DNA from: Macrostomum hystrix
Taxonomy: Eukaryota > Animalia > Platyhelminthes
Direction of reading: 5' to 3'
Assembly (NCBI GenBank): GCA_950097015.1
Contig: CATNEN010000008.1
Coordinates: forward strand, 4,526,001-4,590,000
Length of the DNA stretch: 64,000 nt
Under the pieces are notes generated by a model, which saw only the letters and a list, made by a program, of their open reading frames with translations, did not search any database and had not been told where the DNA came from. Made by a program: the position numbers and the translations under genes. Position 1 is the first letter of the stretch. Every line of letters starts with the position of its first letter. Positions 26,788 to 39,479 of this stretch are shown piece after piece.

Positions 26788-27324
26788 GTGAGTGCATTGC
26801 TGAAAGCATGAAAGCTGAAGTGGAGACAATCAGGTGTATCAATTTTACCCAGGATGATGACTATTTATGGGGAGCGCATCGGGCAAGTGTTCGACTATAA
26901 AATTTATGATATTTTTTAGGTAGTTTAGGTGCGGGTTCGGCTTATTGTAGCCAGACTAGAAAGACAGGGCATTGTATTGCGCAGCTATGAAGCCTGCAAC
27001 TTTTTGGCCAGACCAGGCCCAAACAAACCAAATCCTGATTTGTTACTCTTTTCTTGTTGAAACTTTTTTGTTAAGATACGCGGCAGATATGGGACAATCT
27101 GAAACACATTGCATCAACGCCAGTGTCACCGGGCCATCCTAACCTGGCCTATTTTTAATTTTGAAACAAAACATTTTTTAAGGAATTCTACCATATTGTA
27201 GCGAAGCAATACGGAAGGAAACTCGATGCGCATGAACTTGCCATTTAAAAAACTATCAACTGCGTATCGGCAAAACTCCTAAACAACTCTGTAGCTGCGT
27301 CGATGTCGAAAACTCCTCAAAATC

Positions 27325-27496
27325 TAAAATAATAATAATAATATTTATAATAAATCATTACACCTGACCCAATCGGGCCAGATGTGCAGCCGACAGCACA
27401 GCCGCAGTGTCTCGCTGAAGGACTCATTGTTACAACTGAGTCGGGAATCGAACCCCCGACCTTTAAGTCGTGACTCCGACGCCCTAACCACTAGGC
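27325..27496 (-). mobile_element. Short tRNA-derived SINE, family B; a second head fragment at ~27553-27610
   Basis: Minus strand GCCTAGTGGTTAGG (A box), GGTTCGATTCC (B box), then GAGTCCTTCAGCGAGACACT, and a (TTA)n tail; no intact anticodon arm. Confidence 0.6.
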
Positions 27497-27643
27497 TTAA
27501 TCCTAATTTCCCAATTTTTTAATATAAATTCCATCCCCCGGTCCCGAGAATTCGGGAATCGAACCCCCGAACTTTAAGTTATGAGTCCGACGCTCGAACC
27601 ACAAAGGCTACAATCTTCGAAATCCCATCCCTGGTGTCCGCAG

Positions 27644-28149
27644 CTCTGCCGCCGACGCCGCAGGCGCCCTACCTCAAGCGCGCTATCGGGGCTGGTGGCA
27701 TCCTGCTGAATCATCGGCGCCAACAGACAGCCATGGAGATCGACTGGAGCAGCTACAGCCTGAACCCGGAACAGGCCGGACCCGATCCCGTCTTCTTCCT
27801 GCTGCAGGTGCGCAGCCGGCTGAGCAGACAGTTCGACGCTTTTGCCATGACAACTAGCCAGTGGCGCGACCTGGCCGTGACCTCGCAGACTAGGCTGCTT
27901 GTTGAAGACCTCGCCGCCGGCGCCTGGTACCAGTTCAGACTCGCCGCTGTCAGCTCCGCCGGCTTCCGCGCCTACTCGGAGGCCTCCGACCCGGTGAAAA
28001 CCGGCGACGCCCTTCCGCCGAGACCTCCGAGAGGCCTGCGAGAGGCTGACTCCAGGATCCACTCCGGCGGTAGCGCGATCGACGTCAGGATTCTCTGGCG
28101 ACAGCCGGCCCACGGGGACCCGGATGAGCTGCCGGTGGCAAAGTATCAG
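27644..28149 (+). CDS. ANOS1: Anosmin-1 exon 5 (FN3-1 and start of FN3-2)
   Basis: MEIDW...VFFLLQVR...QW...VEDLAAGAWYQFRLAAVSSAGFRAYSEAS...PPRPPRGLR...VRILWRQP...LPVAKYQ; phase 1-0. Confidence 0.93.
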
Positions 28150-28151
28150 GT

Positions 28152-29045
28152 GCGTCCCGCTCCCTCCTCCGCTCCCTCGCCGATCCTCCGCTCCCTCCTC
28201 AATCCTCCGCTCCCTCCCCGATCCTCCGCTCCCTCCCCGAGCTTCTACCCAATCCGCCTCCACCCCGATCCCCCGCTCCCTACTCAATCCTCCGCTCCCT
28301 CCTCAATCCTCCGCTCCCTCATCAATATCCACTCTCTCCTCAATCCACCGCTCCCTCCTCAGTCCACCGCTCCCTCCTCAATATCCGCTCCCTTCTCAAT
28401 CCTCCGCTCCCTCCCCAGTCCTCCGCTCCCTCCCCGATCCTCCGCTCCCTACTCAATCCTCCGCTCCCTCCTCAATCCTCCGCTCCCTTCTCAATCCTCC
28501 GCTCCCTCCTCAGTCCACCGCTCCCTCCTCAGTCCACCGCTCCTTCCTCAATATCCGCTCCCTCCTCAACATCCGCTCCCTCCTCAACATCCGCTCCCTC
28601 CTTAACATCCGCTCCCTCCTTAATATCCGCTCCCTCCTCAATATCCGCTCCCATCTCAATATCCGCTCCCATCTCAATATCCGCTCCCTCCTCAATCCCC
28701 CGCTCCCTCCTCAATCCTCCGCTCCCTCCTCAATCCTCCACTCCTCCTCAATATCCGCTCCCTCCTCAACATCCGCTCCCTCCTCAACATCCGCTCCCTC
28801 CTCAGTCCACCGCTCCCTTCTCAATCCTCCGCTCCCTCCTCAATATCCGCTCCCTCCTCAATATCCGCTCCCTCCTCAATATCCGCTCCCTCCTCAATAT
28901 CCGCTCCCTCCTCAGTCCACCGCTCCCTCCTCAATCCTCCGCTCCCTCCTCAATATCCGCTCCCTCCTCAATATCCGCTCCCTCCTCAATATCCACTCCC
29001 TCCTCAATATCCGTCTCTCCTCAATATCCGCTCCCTCCTCAATCC
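28152..29045. repeat. C-rich minisatellite (TCCGCTCCCTCCTCAA core)
   Basis: Direct reading; begins immediately after the donor site. Confidence 0.93.
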
Positions 29046-29611
29046 CCAGCCTTCACGCTCTCCCAACTCTCCGCTCTCATCCGAAATCCTTGCCTCGCTT
29101 ACAAACCAGTCTCACCCTCCAACCCATCGCAGTCCATGAAGGCATTGTGCCCATGAGTTGGGTCGAGCATCGTCATCAAACTAATTGTATAAAAATATGA
29201 AAAATGGCTGTCAAAAAACTGGGGCAGACGTTGGCGACAGGACAGCATCCATTCATTGGAGAGGTCGTTAGAGAACGAGTAGGATGCTGGTACACTTCGC
29301 AACTAGCAATGATCACTACGCTGCAATAGAATTCTAAACTACGAGTAGAAACAGAGAGCAAGAATTCGCCTGAATTGAATGGCAATGCCCCACCCCGCCT
29401 GGCGGAATACAAAGACAGTCTATATTAATTATTATTCAGAAAATTGATACATCAATGTTTTGGAGCTAAAACAGCTATAAAATTGGTTTCTGTATGGACA
29501 AATGCATTTAACTGAATACCTTGAAGTAATCTTTTAGAGAAATTTGTTTACAAAATTGGCTTTCTAATTGGTTCTCTGTCTTTAAAATGCAACTCCATCG
29601 ATTAGATTCGT

Positions 29612-29895
29612 ATTCCTCTCTCCCCTTCCTCTCTCCCCTTCCTCTCTCCCCTTCCTCTCTCCCCTTCCTCCCTCTCCCTCCTCTCTCCCCTCTCTCTTCC
29701 CTTCCTCTCTCCCCATCCTCTCAAACTTTCCTCTCTCCCCTTCCACCCTCCCCCTCCTCTCTCCCCTTCCTCTCCCCCACCCTCTCAAACTTTCCTCTCT
29801 CCCCATCCTCTCTCCCCTTCCTCTCTCCCCCTCCTCTCTCCCCTTCCTCTCTCCCCATCCTCTCAAACTTTCCTCTCTCCCCATCCTCTCTCCCC
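29612..29895. repeat. CT-rich low-complexity repeat
   Basis: Direct reading. Confidence 0.85.
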
Positions 29896-30160
29896 GGGGG
29901 GGTCGGTGGCAGAGCTGTTGACGCGTTTGCCTCTCGCACCAAGGACCCTAAGTTCGATTCCATGACGAGGCCACTTTCATTTGGGGCGCAGCCGCGGAGA
30001 GAAGGCTTGGGGGTTTGTCGTGCAATTTACGCCATTGAGGGCCAACCTTCAAGGCAAAGTAAGAGTGTACACTGCCTGACGATGAGAAAGTCAGGCAGAT
30101 GTACACACCTGTGTGAGCGTATGCCTGCGTACTGTGTGCGTGTGTGCTCAGGAGTGTGCT
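29896..30160 (+). mobile_element. tRNA-derived SINE, family A, copy 2
   Basis: A-box-like TGGCAGAGCTG, B box GTTCGATTCC at 29952-29961; body co-linear with 2360-2680. Confidence 0.8.
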
Positions 30161-30245
30161 CAAATTTGTCAGAATTTTTGACAAAAAATGGTCATGACTA
30201 CTATTTTTCCAAATTCAACACCGGAAAGAAATGTTGGCATTTTAG

Positions 30246-30314
30246 ATTTCCTGGGTTGAAATGATCGGCATTGAACGCGAGTCATCCAAGGTTTTCGATG
30301 CTAGCGTGCCCGAG
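30246..30314 (+). CDS. ANOS1: Anosmin-1 exon 6
   Basis: tttag/ISWVEMIGIERESSKVFDASVPE/gtaaag; continues KYQ-ISW FN3 strand. Confidence 0.8.
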
Positions 30315-30393
30315 GTAAAGTCATGCGTCGATACAAAATCGAAATCGAACCAAAATCAATTGGAGTTTTCCAACTAAAACACACAAATTGCAG

Positions 30394-30450
30394 CCGCAGA
30401 CGAGCTTCACTTTGACGAACCTGAAGCTGGGCACGACCTACAGGATTTCA
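30394..30450 (+). CDS. ANOS1: Anosmin-1 exon 7
   Basis: cag/PQTSFTLTNLKLGTTYRIS/gtgagt; FN3 LxxLxxGTxY motif. Confidence 0.88.
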
Positions 30451-30978
30451 GTGAGTTTGCCAGATTTTCTGCTACAATTCCTTCCTCTAAAAGAGAAGAA
30501 TTCCTTGGAATTCTTTGAAAAAAACTTCACACTATTATCGCGAGAGGAAATTAAAAAAGCAGAAGGCCAAACATCCCTGCCCCTATAGCTCACAAAGCAG
30601 GTCCACAGTTCTCACCCGGCTCATTGTTTTGCTTTCTCACCAGACGAAATGCGTTGAGCTGGAAGTTGCTCTGGTGTTGTTCTCAAACTCTGAGATGAAT
30701 GAAATAAAACTGGTGGAACCCTTCCACTTGCGTCACTTGCTCAAAGTAAACACAAGACTCGCGCATGTTTGTACCCGTAATTCGTGCCTATATGAGAAAA
30801 AAAATTCTATAACTATTTTCTTGAATAATTCAAAAGTCTTGTCGTCACAAATGAACTGGTTCTTAGAAAATAAACAAACACTTTTTCTCAGAGCGGGACT
30901 TATAAAATAAAACAGAATGAAATGAAAAATATTCCAAATTAAAATGCACAACAATTTTTTGTCGATTCGTTTTCTTAG

Positions 30979-31147
30979 GTAGCGGCTGTGGCCAGTTACG
31001 GACACCAGAATGAGTTGAGATCGAGAAATTCTACTTTTTATCTGACCACAATGCGACTGGTTAATCCAACGAACGCTCCGACTCAGGCGCCGCCGCTGCC
31101 TCCGCCGCCGCCGCAGCAGCCACCGTCGCCAACGCAAGATCAAAATG
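30979..31147 (+). CDS. ANOS1: Anosmin-1 exon 8
   Basis: ttag/VAAVASYGHQNELRSRNSTFYLTT...Pro-rich linker/gtgagc; phase 0-1. Confidence 0.85.
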
Positions 31148-31189
31148 GTGAGCAATCTTTTGCTTGGAATTAGACGAATCTGCTTCTTC

Positions 31190-31640
31190 AGTCTATGAAT
31201 CTACCATTTCTATCCAAGAATCTACCTTTTCCATCCAAGAATCTACCTTTTCCATCCAAGAATCTACCTCTTCCATCCAAGAATCTACCTTTTCCATCCA
31301 AGAATCTACCTTTTCCATCCAAGAATCTGCCACTTTTATCCAAGAATCTACGTGGTACATCATTCATCCAAGAATCTACCTTTTCCATCCAAGAATCTAC
31401 CTTTTCCATCCAAGAATCTGCCACTTTTATCCAAGAATCTACGAGGTACATCATCCATCCAAGAATCTACCTTTTCCATCCAAGAATCTACCTTTTCCAT
31501 CCAAGAATCTACCTTTTCCAACCAAGAATCTACCTTTTCCATCCAAGAATCTACCTTTTCCATCCAAGAATCTGCCACTTTTATCCAAGAATCTACGACG
31601 TACAAGGCTTGACAGACAAGCCTGTGAATCTACCTCTCTA
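31190..31640. repeat. 21-bp minisatellite CCAAGAATCTACCTTTTCCAT
   Basis: Direct reading. Confidence 0.95.
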
Positions 31641-31670
31641 ACCCGCAATCTACCCCACTCTACTATGCAG

Positions 31671-31841
31671 ACTCGGGGCCGCAGCGCAGACTGCAGACTG
31701 AGTTGGGCAGAGCGGACGCTCCGGCGCACACAATCGACTGCTCCTGTCACAACAGGCCGAAGTCGCCGCTGGTGTTCAACCTGCCTTATTATGAGGCCGG
31801 CAAATTGAAGCTGCTGTTGCTGTGGCCCAGCGCTGATGAAG
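31671..31841 (+). CDS. ANOS1: Anosmin-1 exon 9 (start of FN3-3)
   Basis: ...RPKSPLVFNLPYYEAGKLKLLLLWP resembles anosmin [24 protein letters not shown]; phase 1-1. Confidence 0.88.
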
Positions 31842-31959
31842 GTGAGATTCTGCGTAGATGCTGGGAGCCATCTGAATGGGGCAGAAACTGGGGTGAGATG
31901 GTCTCAAAGAAGTGGATAACGTGGGGCAGTGGAAGCCAAATGACTAGGAGACAGGGTTG

Positions 31960-34050
31960 AGGAGAGGTAGACAGAGAGGGAGAGAAGGAGAGAGAAAGAG
32001 AGGTAGAGAAAGAGGGAGAAAGAAGTAGATAGAGAGGGGGCGAAGGAGGGTGAGAGAAGTAGACAAAGTGGGGGAAATGAGTATGAGAAGTAGACAGAGA
32101 GGGGAGAAGGAGGGTGATAGAAGTAGACAGAGAGGGGAGAAGGAGAGTGAAAGAAGTAGACAGAGAGCTGAGGAGGGTGAGAGAAGTAGACAGAGAGCTG
32201 AGAAGGAGGGTGAAAGAAGTAGATAGAGAGCTGAGAAGGAGGGTGAGAGAAGTAGACAGAGAGCTGAGAAGGAGGGTGAAAGAAGTAGACAGAGAGGGGA
32301 GAAGGAGGGTGATAGAAGTAGATAGAGAGCTGAGAAGGAGGGTGAAAGAAGTAGACAGAGAGGGGGAGAAGGAGGGTAAGAGAAGTAGATAGAGAGCTGA
32401 GAAAGAGGGTGAAAGAAGTAGATAGAGAGCTGAGAAGGAGGGTGATAAAAGTAGACAGAGAGCTGAGAAGGAGGGTGAAAGAAGTAGACAGAGAGGGGAG
32501 AAGGAGGGTGATAGAAGTAGACAGAGAGCTGAGAAGGAGGGTGAAAGAAGTAGATAGAGAGCTGAGAAAGAGCGTGAAAGAAGTAGATAGAGAGCTGAGA
32601 AGGAGGGTGATAAAAGTAGACAGAGAGCTGAGAAGGAGGGTGAAAGAAGTAGACAGAGAGGAGAAGGAGGGTGATAGAAGTAGACAGAGAGCTGAGAAGG
32701 AGGGTGAAAGAAGTAGACAGAGAGGGGGAGAAGGAGGGTGAGAGAAGTAGATAGAGAGCTGAGAAAGAGGGTGAAAGAAGTAGATAGAGAGGGGGGAGAA
32801 GGAGGGTGAGAGAAGTAGATAGAGAGCTGAGAAAGAGGGTGAAAGAAGTAGATAGAGAGCTGAGAAGGAGGGTGATAAAAGTAGACAGAGAGCTGAGAAG
32901 GAGGGTGAAAGAAGTAGACAGAGAGGGGAGAAGGAGGGTGATAGAAGTAGACAGAGAGCTGAGAAGGAGGGTGAAAGAAGTAGACAGAGAGGGGGAGAAG
33001 GAGGGTGAGAGAAGTAGATAGAGAGCTGAGAAAGAGGGTGAAAGAAGTAGATAGAGAGCTGAGAAGGAGGGTGAAAGAAGTAGACAGAGAGGGGAGAAGG
33101 AGGGTGAAAGAAGTAGACAGAGAGGGGAGAAGGAGGGTGAGAGAAGTAGACAGAGAGCTGTGAAGGAGGGTGAAAGAAGTAGACAGAGAGGGGGAGAAGG
33201 AGGGTGAGAGAAATAGATAGAGAGCTGAGAAAGAGGGTGAGAGAAGTAGATAGAGAGCTGAGAAGGAGGGTGAAAGAAGTAGACAGAGAGGAGAAGGAGG
33301 GTGATAGAAGTAGACAGAGAGCTGAGAAGGAGGGTGAAAGAAGTAGACAGAGAGGGGGAGAAGGAGGGTGAGAGAAGTAGATAGAGAGCTGAGAAAGAGG
33401 GTGAAAGAAGTAGATAGAGAGGGGGGAGAAGGAGGGTGAGAGAAGTAGATAGAGAGCTGAGAAAGAGGGTGAAAGAAGTAGATAGAGAGCTGAGAAGGAG
33501 GGTGATAAAAGTAGACAGAGAGCTGAGAAGGAGGGTGAAAGAAGTAGACAGAGAGGGGAGAAGGAGGGTGATAGAAGTAGACAGAGAGCTGAGAAGGAGG
33601 GTGAAAGAAGTAGACAGAGAGGGGGAGAAGGAGGGTGAGAGAAGTAGATAGAGAGCTGAGAAAGAGGGTGAAAGAAGTAGATAGAGAGCTGAGAAGGAGG
33701 GTGAAAGAAGTAGACAGAGAGGGGAGAAGGAGGGTGAAAGAAGTAGACAGAGAGGGGAGAAGGAGGGTGAGAGAAGTAGACAGAGAGCTGTGAAGGAGGG
33801 TGAAAGAAGTAGACAGAGAGGGGGAGAAGGAGGGTGAGAGAAATAGATAGAGAGCTGAGAAAGAGGGTGAGAGAAGTAGATAGAGAGCTGAGAAAGAGGG
33901 TGAAAGAAGTAGATAGAGAGCTGAGAAGGAGGGTGAGAGAAGTAGACAGAGAGGGGAGAAGGAGGGTGAAATAAGTAGACAGAGAGGGGAGAAGGAGGGT
34001 GAAAGAAGTAGACAGAGAGGGGAGAAGGAGGGTGAGAGAAGTAGACAGAG
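31960..34050. repeat. GA-rich ~28-31-bp minisatellite (GAGAAGGAGGGTGAAAGAAGTAGACAGAGAG...)
   Basis: Direct reading. Confidence 0.95.
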
Positions 34051-34842
34051 GATAAAGCGAGTTTGGCAGACTGAACATCACATATGGCGGTGCATTGTGC
34101 GGTCATTAATAATTCAAGAAACTGGAATATTGGCGCCCGAGTGTTACACAATCAGCCCATGAACAATTAGCAGACCCCAAATGGAACACAAAAGCCTTTA
34201 GTCAGCCGGCTTTCAATATTTTTCTTCGAGTAAAAGCTTCTTGTTGAATTTGACGCGTCCGAAAAAGGCTTTGTTTTCTTCTTGTGTGGGAAAACAGGCC
34301 GCAGAAGAGGGAAAGATGAGGGCGTGAATTGTAGAATTTTGGTAGAAAATATTGTCATAAAAAAGTTGAGAGACAGGAGAGACACAATTTGTGCATTCGT
34401 CTGTTCCATTTTTACCCAGTTTTGACACAACCCAACTAAACTTGCTTTACCTCCACAAAAGCAGTTGAACGCTGCCAGCGAGGCGAATCCAGAAAACAGA
34501 CATGAAGAACTAGCTCGTAGATGTTGATCGCGAATTGGTCTGCATAAAAATGCCGTTTCAATTAGCATTTTACGCTCGTAATATGTGAGCGAATAAAATG
34601 AGGACAATTTTATTGCGTCGCATTAATGTAAATCTCAAGTACTGAATATCTTATTTAGTATAAAAATAGGCATGGAAAATTTGCTTTCACGGTCGTAAAA
34701 TTACGCTCGTTTTAAAAGTTTACCGTGAAAAAGAAATATTTTGCTTCTTACCTACTGCAAGTAGCACAATACAAACACTTGCTAGAAACAATGGTTTATT
34801 GAGCTTGTTTTTAATATAAAACTTTGAATTACTCAATTTCAG

Positions 34843-34955
34843 GACTAACACCTCGGCGACAGCCTGTGACCGCTCACATCATCAAGTGGACTCAGAGAGT
34901 TTGCATCGAGTCTGAGCCAGCTGGGGACCTGGCAACCAGACAGGCTGTTGTACAC
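34843..34955 (+). CDS. ANOS1: Anosmin-1 exon 10
   Basis: tttcag/GLTPRRQPVTAHIIKWTQRVCIESEPAGDLATRQAVVH/gtgagt; phase 1-0. Confidence 0.85.
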
Positions 34956-34964
34956 GTGAGTCTG

Positions 34965-35895
34965 CACTCACCGATTCACCATTCACAATATTTGATTCAC
35001 AGATTCACCACTCACAATATTTGATTCACAGATTCACCACTCACAATATTCGATTCACCGATTCACCATTCACAATATTTAATTCACAGATTCAACATTC
35101 ACAATATTTGATTCACAGATTCAACATTCACAATATTTGATTCACAGATTCAACATTCACAATATTTGATTCACAGATTCAACATTCACAATATTTGATT
35201 CACAGATTCAACATTCACAATATTTGATTCACCGATTCACCATTTACAGTCTTGATTCACAGATTTGGCATTCACAGTATTGATTCACAGTCTTGATTCA
35301 CAGATTTGCCATTCACAGTCTTGATTCACAGATTTGGCATTCGCAGTATTGATTCACAGTCTTGATTCACAGATTTGCCATTCACAGTATTGATTCACAG
35401 TCTTGATTCACAGATTTGCCATTCACAGTCTTGATTCACAGATTTGGCATTCACAGTCTTGATTCACAGATTTGCCATTCACAGTCTTGATTCACAGATT
35501 CACCATTTACAGTCTTGATTCACAGATTTGGCATTCACAGTATTGATTCACAGTCTTGATTCACAGATTTGCCATTCACAGTCTTGATTCACAGATTTAG
35601 CATTCACAGTCTTGATTCACAGATTTGCCATTCACAGTCTTGATTCACAGATTTGGCATTCACAGTCTTGATTCACAGATTTGCCATTCACAGTATTGAT
35701 TCACAGATTTGGCATTCACAGTCTTGATTCACAGATTTGCCACTCACAGTATTGATTCACAGATTTACCATTCACAGTCTTGGTTCACAGATTTGCCATT
35801 CACAGTCTTGATTCACAGATTTGCCATTCACAGTCTTGATTCACAGATTTGCCATTCACAGTCTTGATTCACAGATTTACCATTCACAGTCTTGA
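34965..35895. repeat. Composite minisatellite (TTGATTCACAGATTTGCCATTCACAGTC)
   Basis: Direct reading. Confidence 0.93.
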
Positions 35896-35946
35896 TTCCC
35901 ACATTGACCAATTACGATGTCAACAATCACCGCGCGCACTCCGCAG

Positions 35947-36121
35947 AATGGCATGGCCTTCACCATCAGCGACCTGCGGTTCAACTGTCACTACGCCCTG
36001 CAGGTGAGAGGCCTCACAAATTCTGGCGACGTGGCGTTCGCCTGGAACACCTGCTTCTGCACCAGGAGCTGCAAGGAGACCCAGATTAGGGGCGACCACT
36101 TCCCGATTTGTCCAAGAGACG
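35947..36121 (+). CDS. ANOS1: Anosmin-1 exon 11
   Basis: FTISDLRFNCHYALQVR resembles anosmin IILQDLSFSCKYKVTVQ; ...TRSCK...ICPRD; phase 0-1. Confidence 0.9.
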
Positions 36122-36229
36122 GTGAGGCGGCATTGTTCTTGCTGGCCCTGGGGAGAGTTTGGGGAGAGGAGAGTGGGAGAGGGCAGATAGGTAACATATA
36201 CGAAAAGGACAGAGTAGAGATTAGAGAGT

Positions 36230-36830
36230 AGGGATTGGGGATGGATATTAGGAGAGGGGAGATTAAAATAGATTGAGATAGGGGAGATAATGGGAGATTG
36301 AAAGAGGGGAGATTGAATGAGGGGAAATTCGGAGACGGGAGATTAGAAGAGGGGATTGGGAGAGGGGAGATTGGGAGAGGGGAGATTGGGAGAGGGGAGA
36401 TTGGGAGAGGGGAGATTGGGAGAGGGGAGATTGGGAGAGGGGAGATTGGGAAAGGGGAGATTGGGAGAGGGGAGATTAGAAGAGGGGTTTGGGAGAGGGG
36501 AGATTGGGAGAGGAGAGATTGGGAGAGAGGAGATTGGGAGAGGGGAGAATGGGAGAGGGGAGATTAGAAGAGGGGATTGGGAGAGGGGAGATTGGGAGAG
36601 GGGAGATTGGGAGAGGGGAGATTGTCAGAGGGAAGATTGGGACAGGGGAGAATGGGAGAGGGGAGATTGTGAGAGGGGATTGGTAGAGAGGAGAGGGAGA
36701 GGGGATTAGTAGAGAGGAGAATGGGAGAGGGGAGATTGGGAGAGGGGGTTGGTAGAGAGGAGAGGGGAGATTGGGAGAGGGGAGATTGGGAGAGGGAAGA
36801 TTGGGAGAGGGGAGATTGAGAGAGGGGAAA
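36230..36830. repeat. 15-bp G-rich minisatellite GGGAGAGGGGAGATT
   Basis: Direct reading. Confidence 0.93.
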
Positions 36831-36888
36831 TAGGGATCAAATCAGCACTCATAAAAAACCCAATTCTGATTTCCCAAATCCCATTCAG

Positions 36889-37472
36889 AAGCCGCCTCGG
36901 CACCCCAGCCGCCAACTCTGCTTGACTGGTCGGTGTTGCCGCGCCCAATACTTGCACCCAGCCAGCAGCAACAGCAGCAGCAGCGTCAGCGCTTCTACTC
37001 CATCAGAATCCGCTGGGCGGCCCCAGGCAACACGGCCTTGCACGCTATCTCTGGCTTCCGCATCACCTGGGGCCCGGTGGTGGACGATGTCGGCGTGGCA
37101 GGCGGCAGCGGCGGCGGGCTCGAGCCCCGCCTGGACGCCGATCGCTCCGACGCCAGCGTTGTCGACGTCCGCGAGAGGCAGTTCAACATCTACCATCTCA
37201 GGGCCGGCACAGTCTACGTGGTGATGATCCAGACGATGTCTGTGTTCGGCGACAGCCAGCCGGCGCGGCTGACCTTCGCCACGCCCGATGGCGCGTCATC
37301 GTCACAGTCTTCGTCCTCCTCGTCAAACTCCGAGGTGCAGAAGTACATCAACAAGGATCGATATCGCAATGGAGCCGGAGTCAGCGTTCGAGTCTCGCTG
37401 ACTCTGCTGATCCTGCTGCACTTGCTGCTGGCCCTAGCAACTCGCCGAGCTGCGCAATCGCTTCAGTGCTGA
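36889..37472 (+). CDS. ANOS1: Anosmin-1 exon 12 (FN3-4 plus hydrophobic C-terminal tail)
   Basis: IRWAAP...ISGFRITWGPV...FNIYHLRAGTVYVVMIQTMSVFGDSQPARLTFATP; the summed 12 exons give 2445 nt, in frame. Confidence 0.92.
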
Positions 37473-38029
37473 GATTTCACGAGCAAAAACATACTCAATC
37501 ATGTGCAACGTCACTTAGAAATTTGTTAATCTGTTTGCTGATTGGCCCCAGCATCCCCGCAAATTTAATCCCAAAGTCTTCGCCGCATGTCTTTCAAAAG
37601 GACTGTTTTCATTTTTGCTAAATTATTATTTATCCTATATTTACATAATTAGCAAATGCGCTCGTAATATCTATAGTTTCACATGTCTGTTACTACTTAA
37701 ACCATGTCTGTTCAGTAGTGTGTCGCAATTATATATCCAACTATAAATGCCTGACCTCTGCTGCAAATTTAATTGAATATCGACTGCCACTGGAACTATT
37801 TGTGTAGCAAACGCTAAATAAATTCATATTTCTACTGCAGTCTGCTCAGAATCAATATTAAAATTAAAAAACGACTTTTATAGGGCGAAATTGATGTATA
37901 ACCAGCTCCTAACTCTGATCACAAACTAATTGACTCAATGCAATTTGATCCAAGTAACCCTGACCCATTTCATTCTGAATTAATCCCTTAGTTTAATTCA
38001 AAGTAATATAAACCCAAATCTGACCCACC

Positions 38030-38890
38030 AACTTAAACACACAACTCTGACCTATTCTACTCAAACACCCAACTCTGATCTATCCTACTCAAACACCCAA
38101 TCTGACCCACCCAACTCAAACACCCAACTCTGACCTATTCTACTCAAACACCCAACTCTGACCTATTCTACTCAAACACCCAATCTGACCTATTCTACTC
38201 AAACACCCAATCTGACCTATTCTACTCAAACACCCAATCTGACCTATTCTACTCAAACACCCAATCTGACCTATTCTACTCAAACACCCAACTCTGATCT
38301 ATCCTACTCAAACACCCAACTCTGACCCATCCAACTCAAACACCCAATCTGACCCACCCAACTCAAACACCCAACTCTGACCTATTCTACTCAAACACCC
38401 AATCTGACCTATTCTACTCAAACACCCAACTCTGACCTATCCTACTCAAACACCCAACTCTGACCTATCCTACTCAAACACCCAATCTGACCCACCCAAC
38501 TCAAACACCCAATCTGACCCATCCAACTTAAACACCCAATCTGACCCATTCTACTCAAACACCCAATCTGACCTATCCAACTTAAACACCCAATCTGACC
38601 CATTCTACTCAAACACCCAATCTGACCCATCCAACTTAAACACCCAATCTGACCCATTCTACTCAAACACCCAATCTGACCTATCCAACTTAAACACCCA
38701 ATCTGACCCATTCTACTCAAACACCCAATCTGACCTATCCAACTTAAACACCCAATCTGACCCATTCTACTCAAACACCCAATCTGACCTATCCAACTTA
38801 AACACCCAATCTGACCCATTCTACTCAAACACCCAATCTGACCCATCCTACTCAAACACCCAATCTGACCCACCCAACTCAAACACCAAG
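38030..38890. repeat. 27-29-bp minisatellite AAACACCCAATCTGACCTATTCTACTC
   Basis: Direct reading. Confidence 0.94.
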
Positions 38891-39352
38891 TTGACCATAA
38901 GTCAGTAGGAGTAAATGAATCTTCAGTGTTAGTAAGCAAGCAGAAAGAACAGCTGAAACAGTTTTTTAGTTAAACTTATACAGAAGGACAAAGTTCTCGT
39001 ACGGGTACGTACTAACCTAAAACTGTACCGTTTTCGAATTAAGTATATTTCAAAATTAAAATCGATAACGTACAGCAGAATTCTATGTCTACAGCTGGCA
39101 GTTTAACTAAACAAATCAGGACATTGAAACACAGTCGTCCCGATCAAGGCTGAATAAATAGGTTCAATAGGATCTTGGAGGAAAGTATGAATTGATAAAA
39201 AAACGGAAGATGACAATTTTAAAATGTGATGACAGTTGAAATGAAAACAAATGAAAGCGTTATGATTGCGGTGCAAACACAGTGAGTGAATAGCCGCATC
39301 AACAGAACTGCCTAGCTTCTGCGTAAGAAGTTTATGTCAGGGTCAGTTAAGT

Positions 39353-39426
39353 TCACTTCTCAGCCTCGTCAGCGTTCTTCACCTTGTAGTCGTTTAGGGC
39401 CGCCTTGATTGCGTCCTCGGCCAGCA
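39353..39426 (-). CDS. ISCU: ISCU exon 2
   Basis: cag/(M)LAEDAIKAALNDYKVKNADEAEK*; completes LHCSMLAEDAIKAA. Confidence 0.93.
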
Positions 39427-39479
39427 CTGGAAGGCGGCGAATGGTGTGACTATGAGACTGCTGGCTGCTACGGAATAGT

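Noticed and set aside
27430-27496. tRNA gene on the minus strand
   Set aside because: A and B boxes are present but there is no proper anticodon or acceptor stem, and it runs into a SINE body and (TTA)n tail
28150-28605. Pro/Ser-rich C-terminal extension of ORF 27634-28605
   Set aside because: Read-through into an intronic repeat past the donor at 28150
36001-36009. cag/gtgaga as the end of anosmin exon 11
   Set aside because: The frame continues with FN3-like sequence and conserved Cys to the donor at 36122, whose phase matches exon 12
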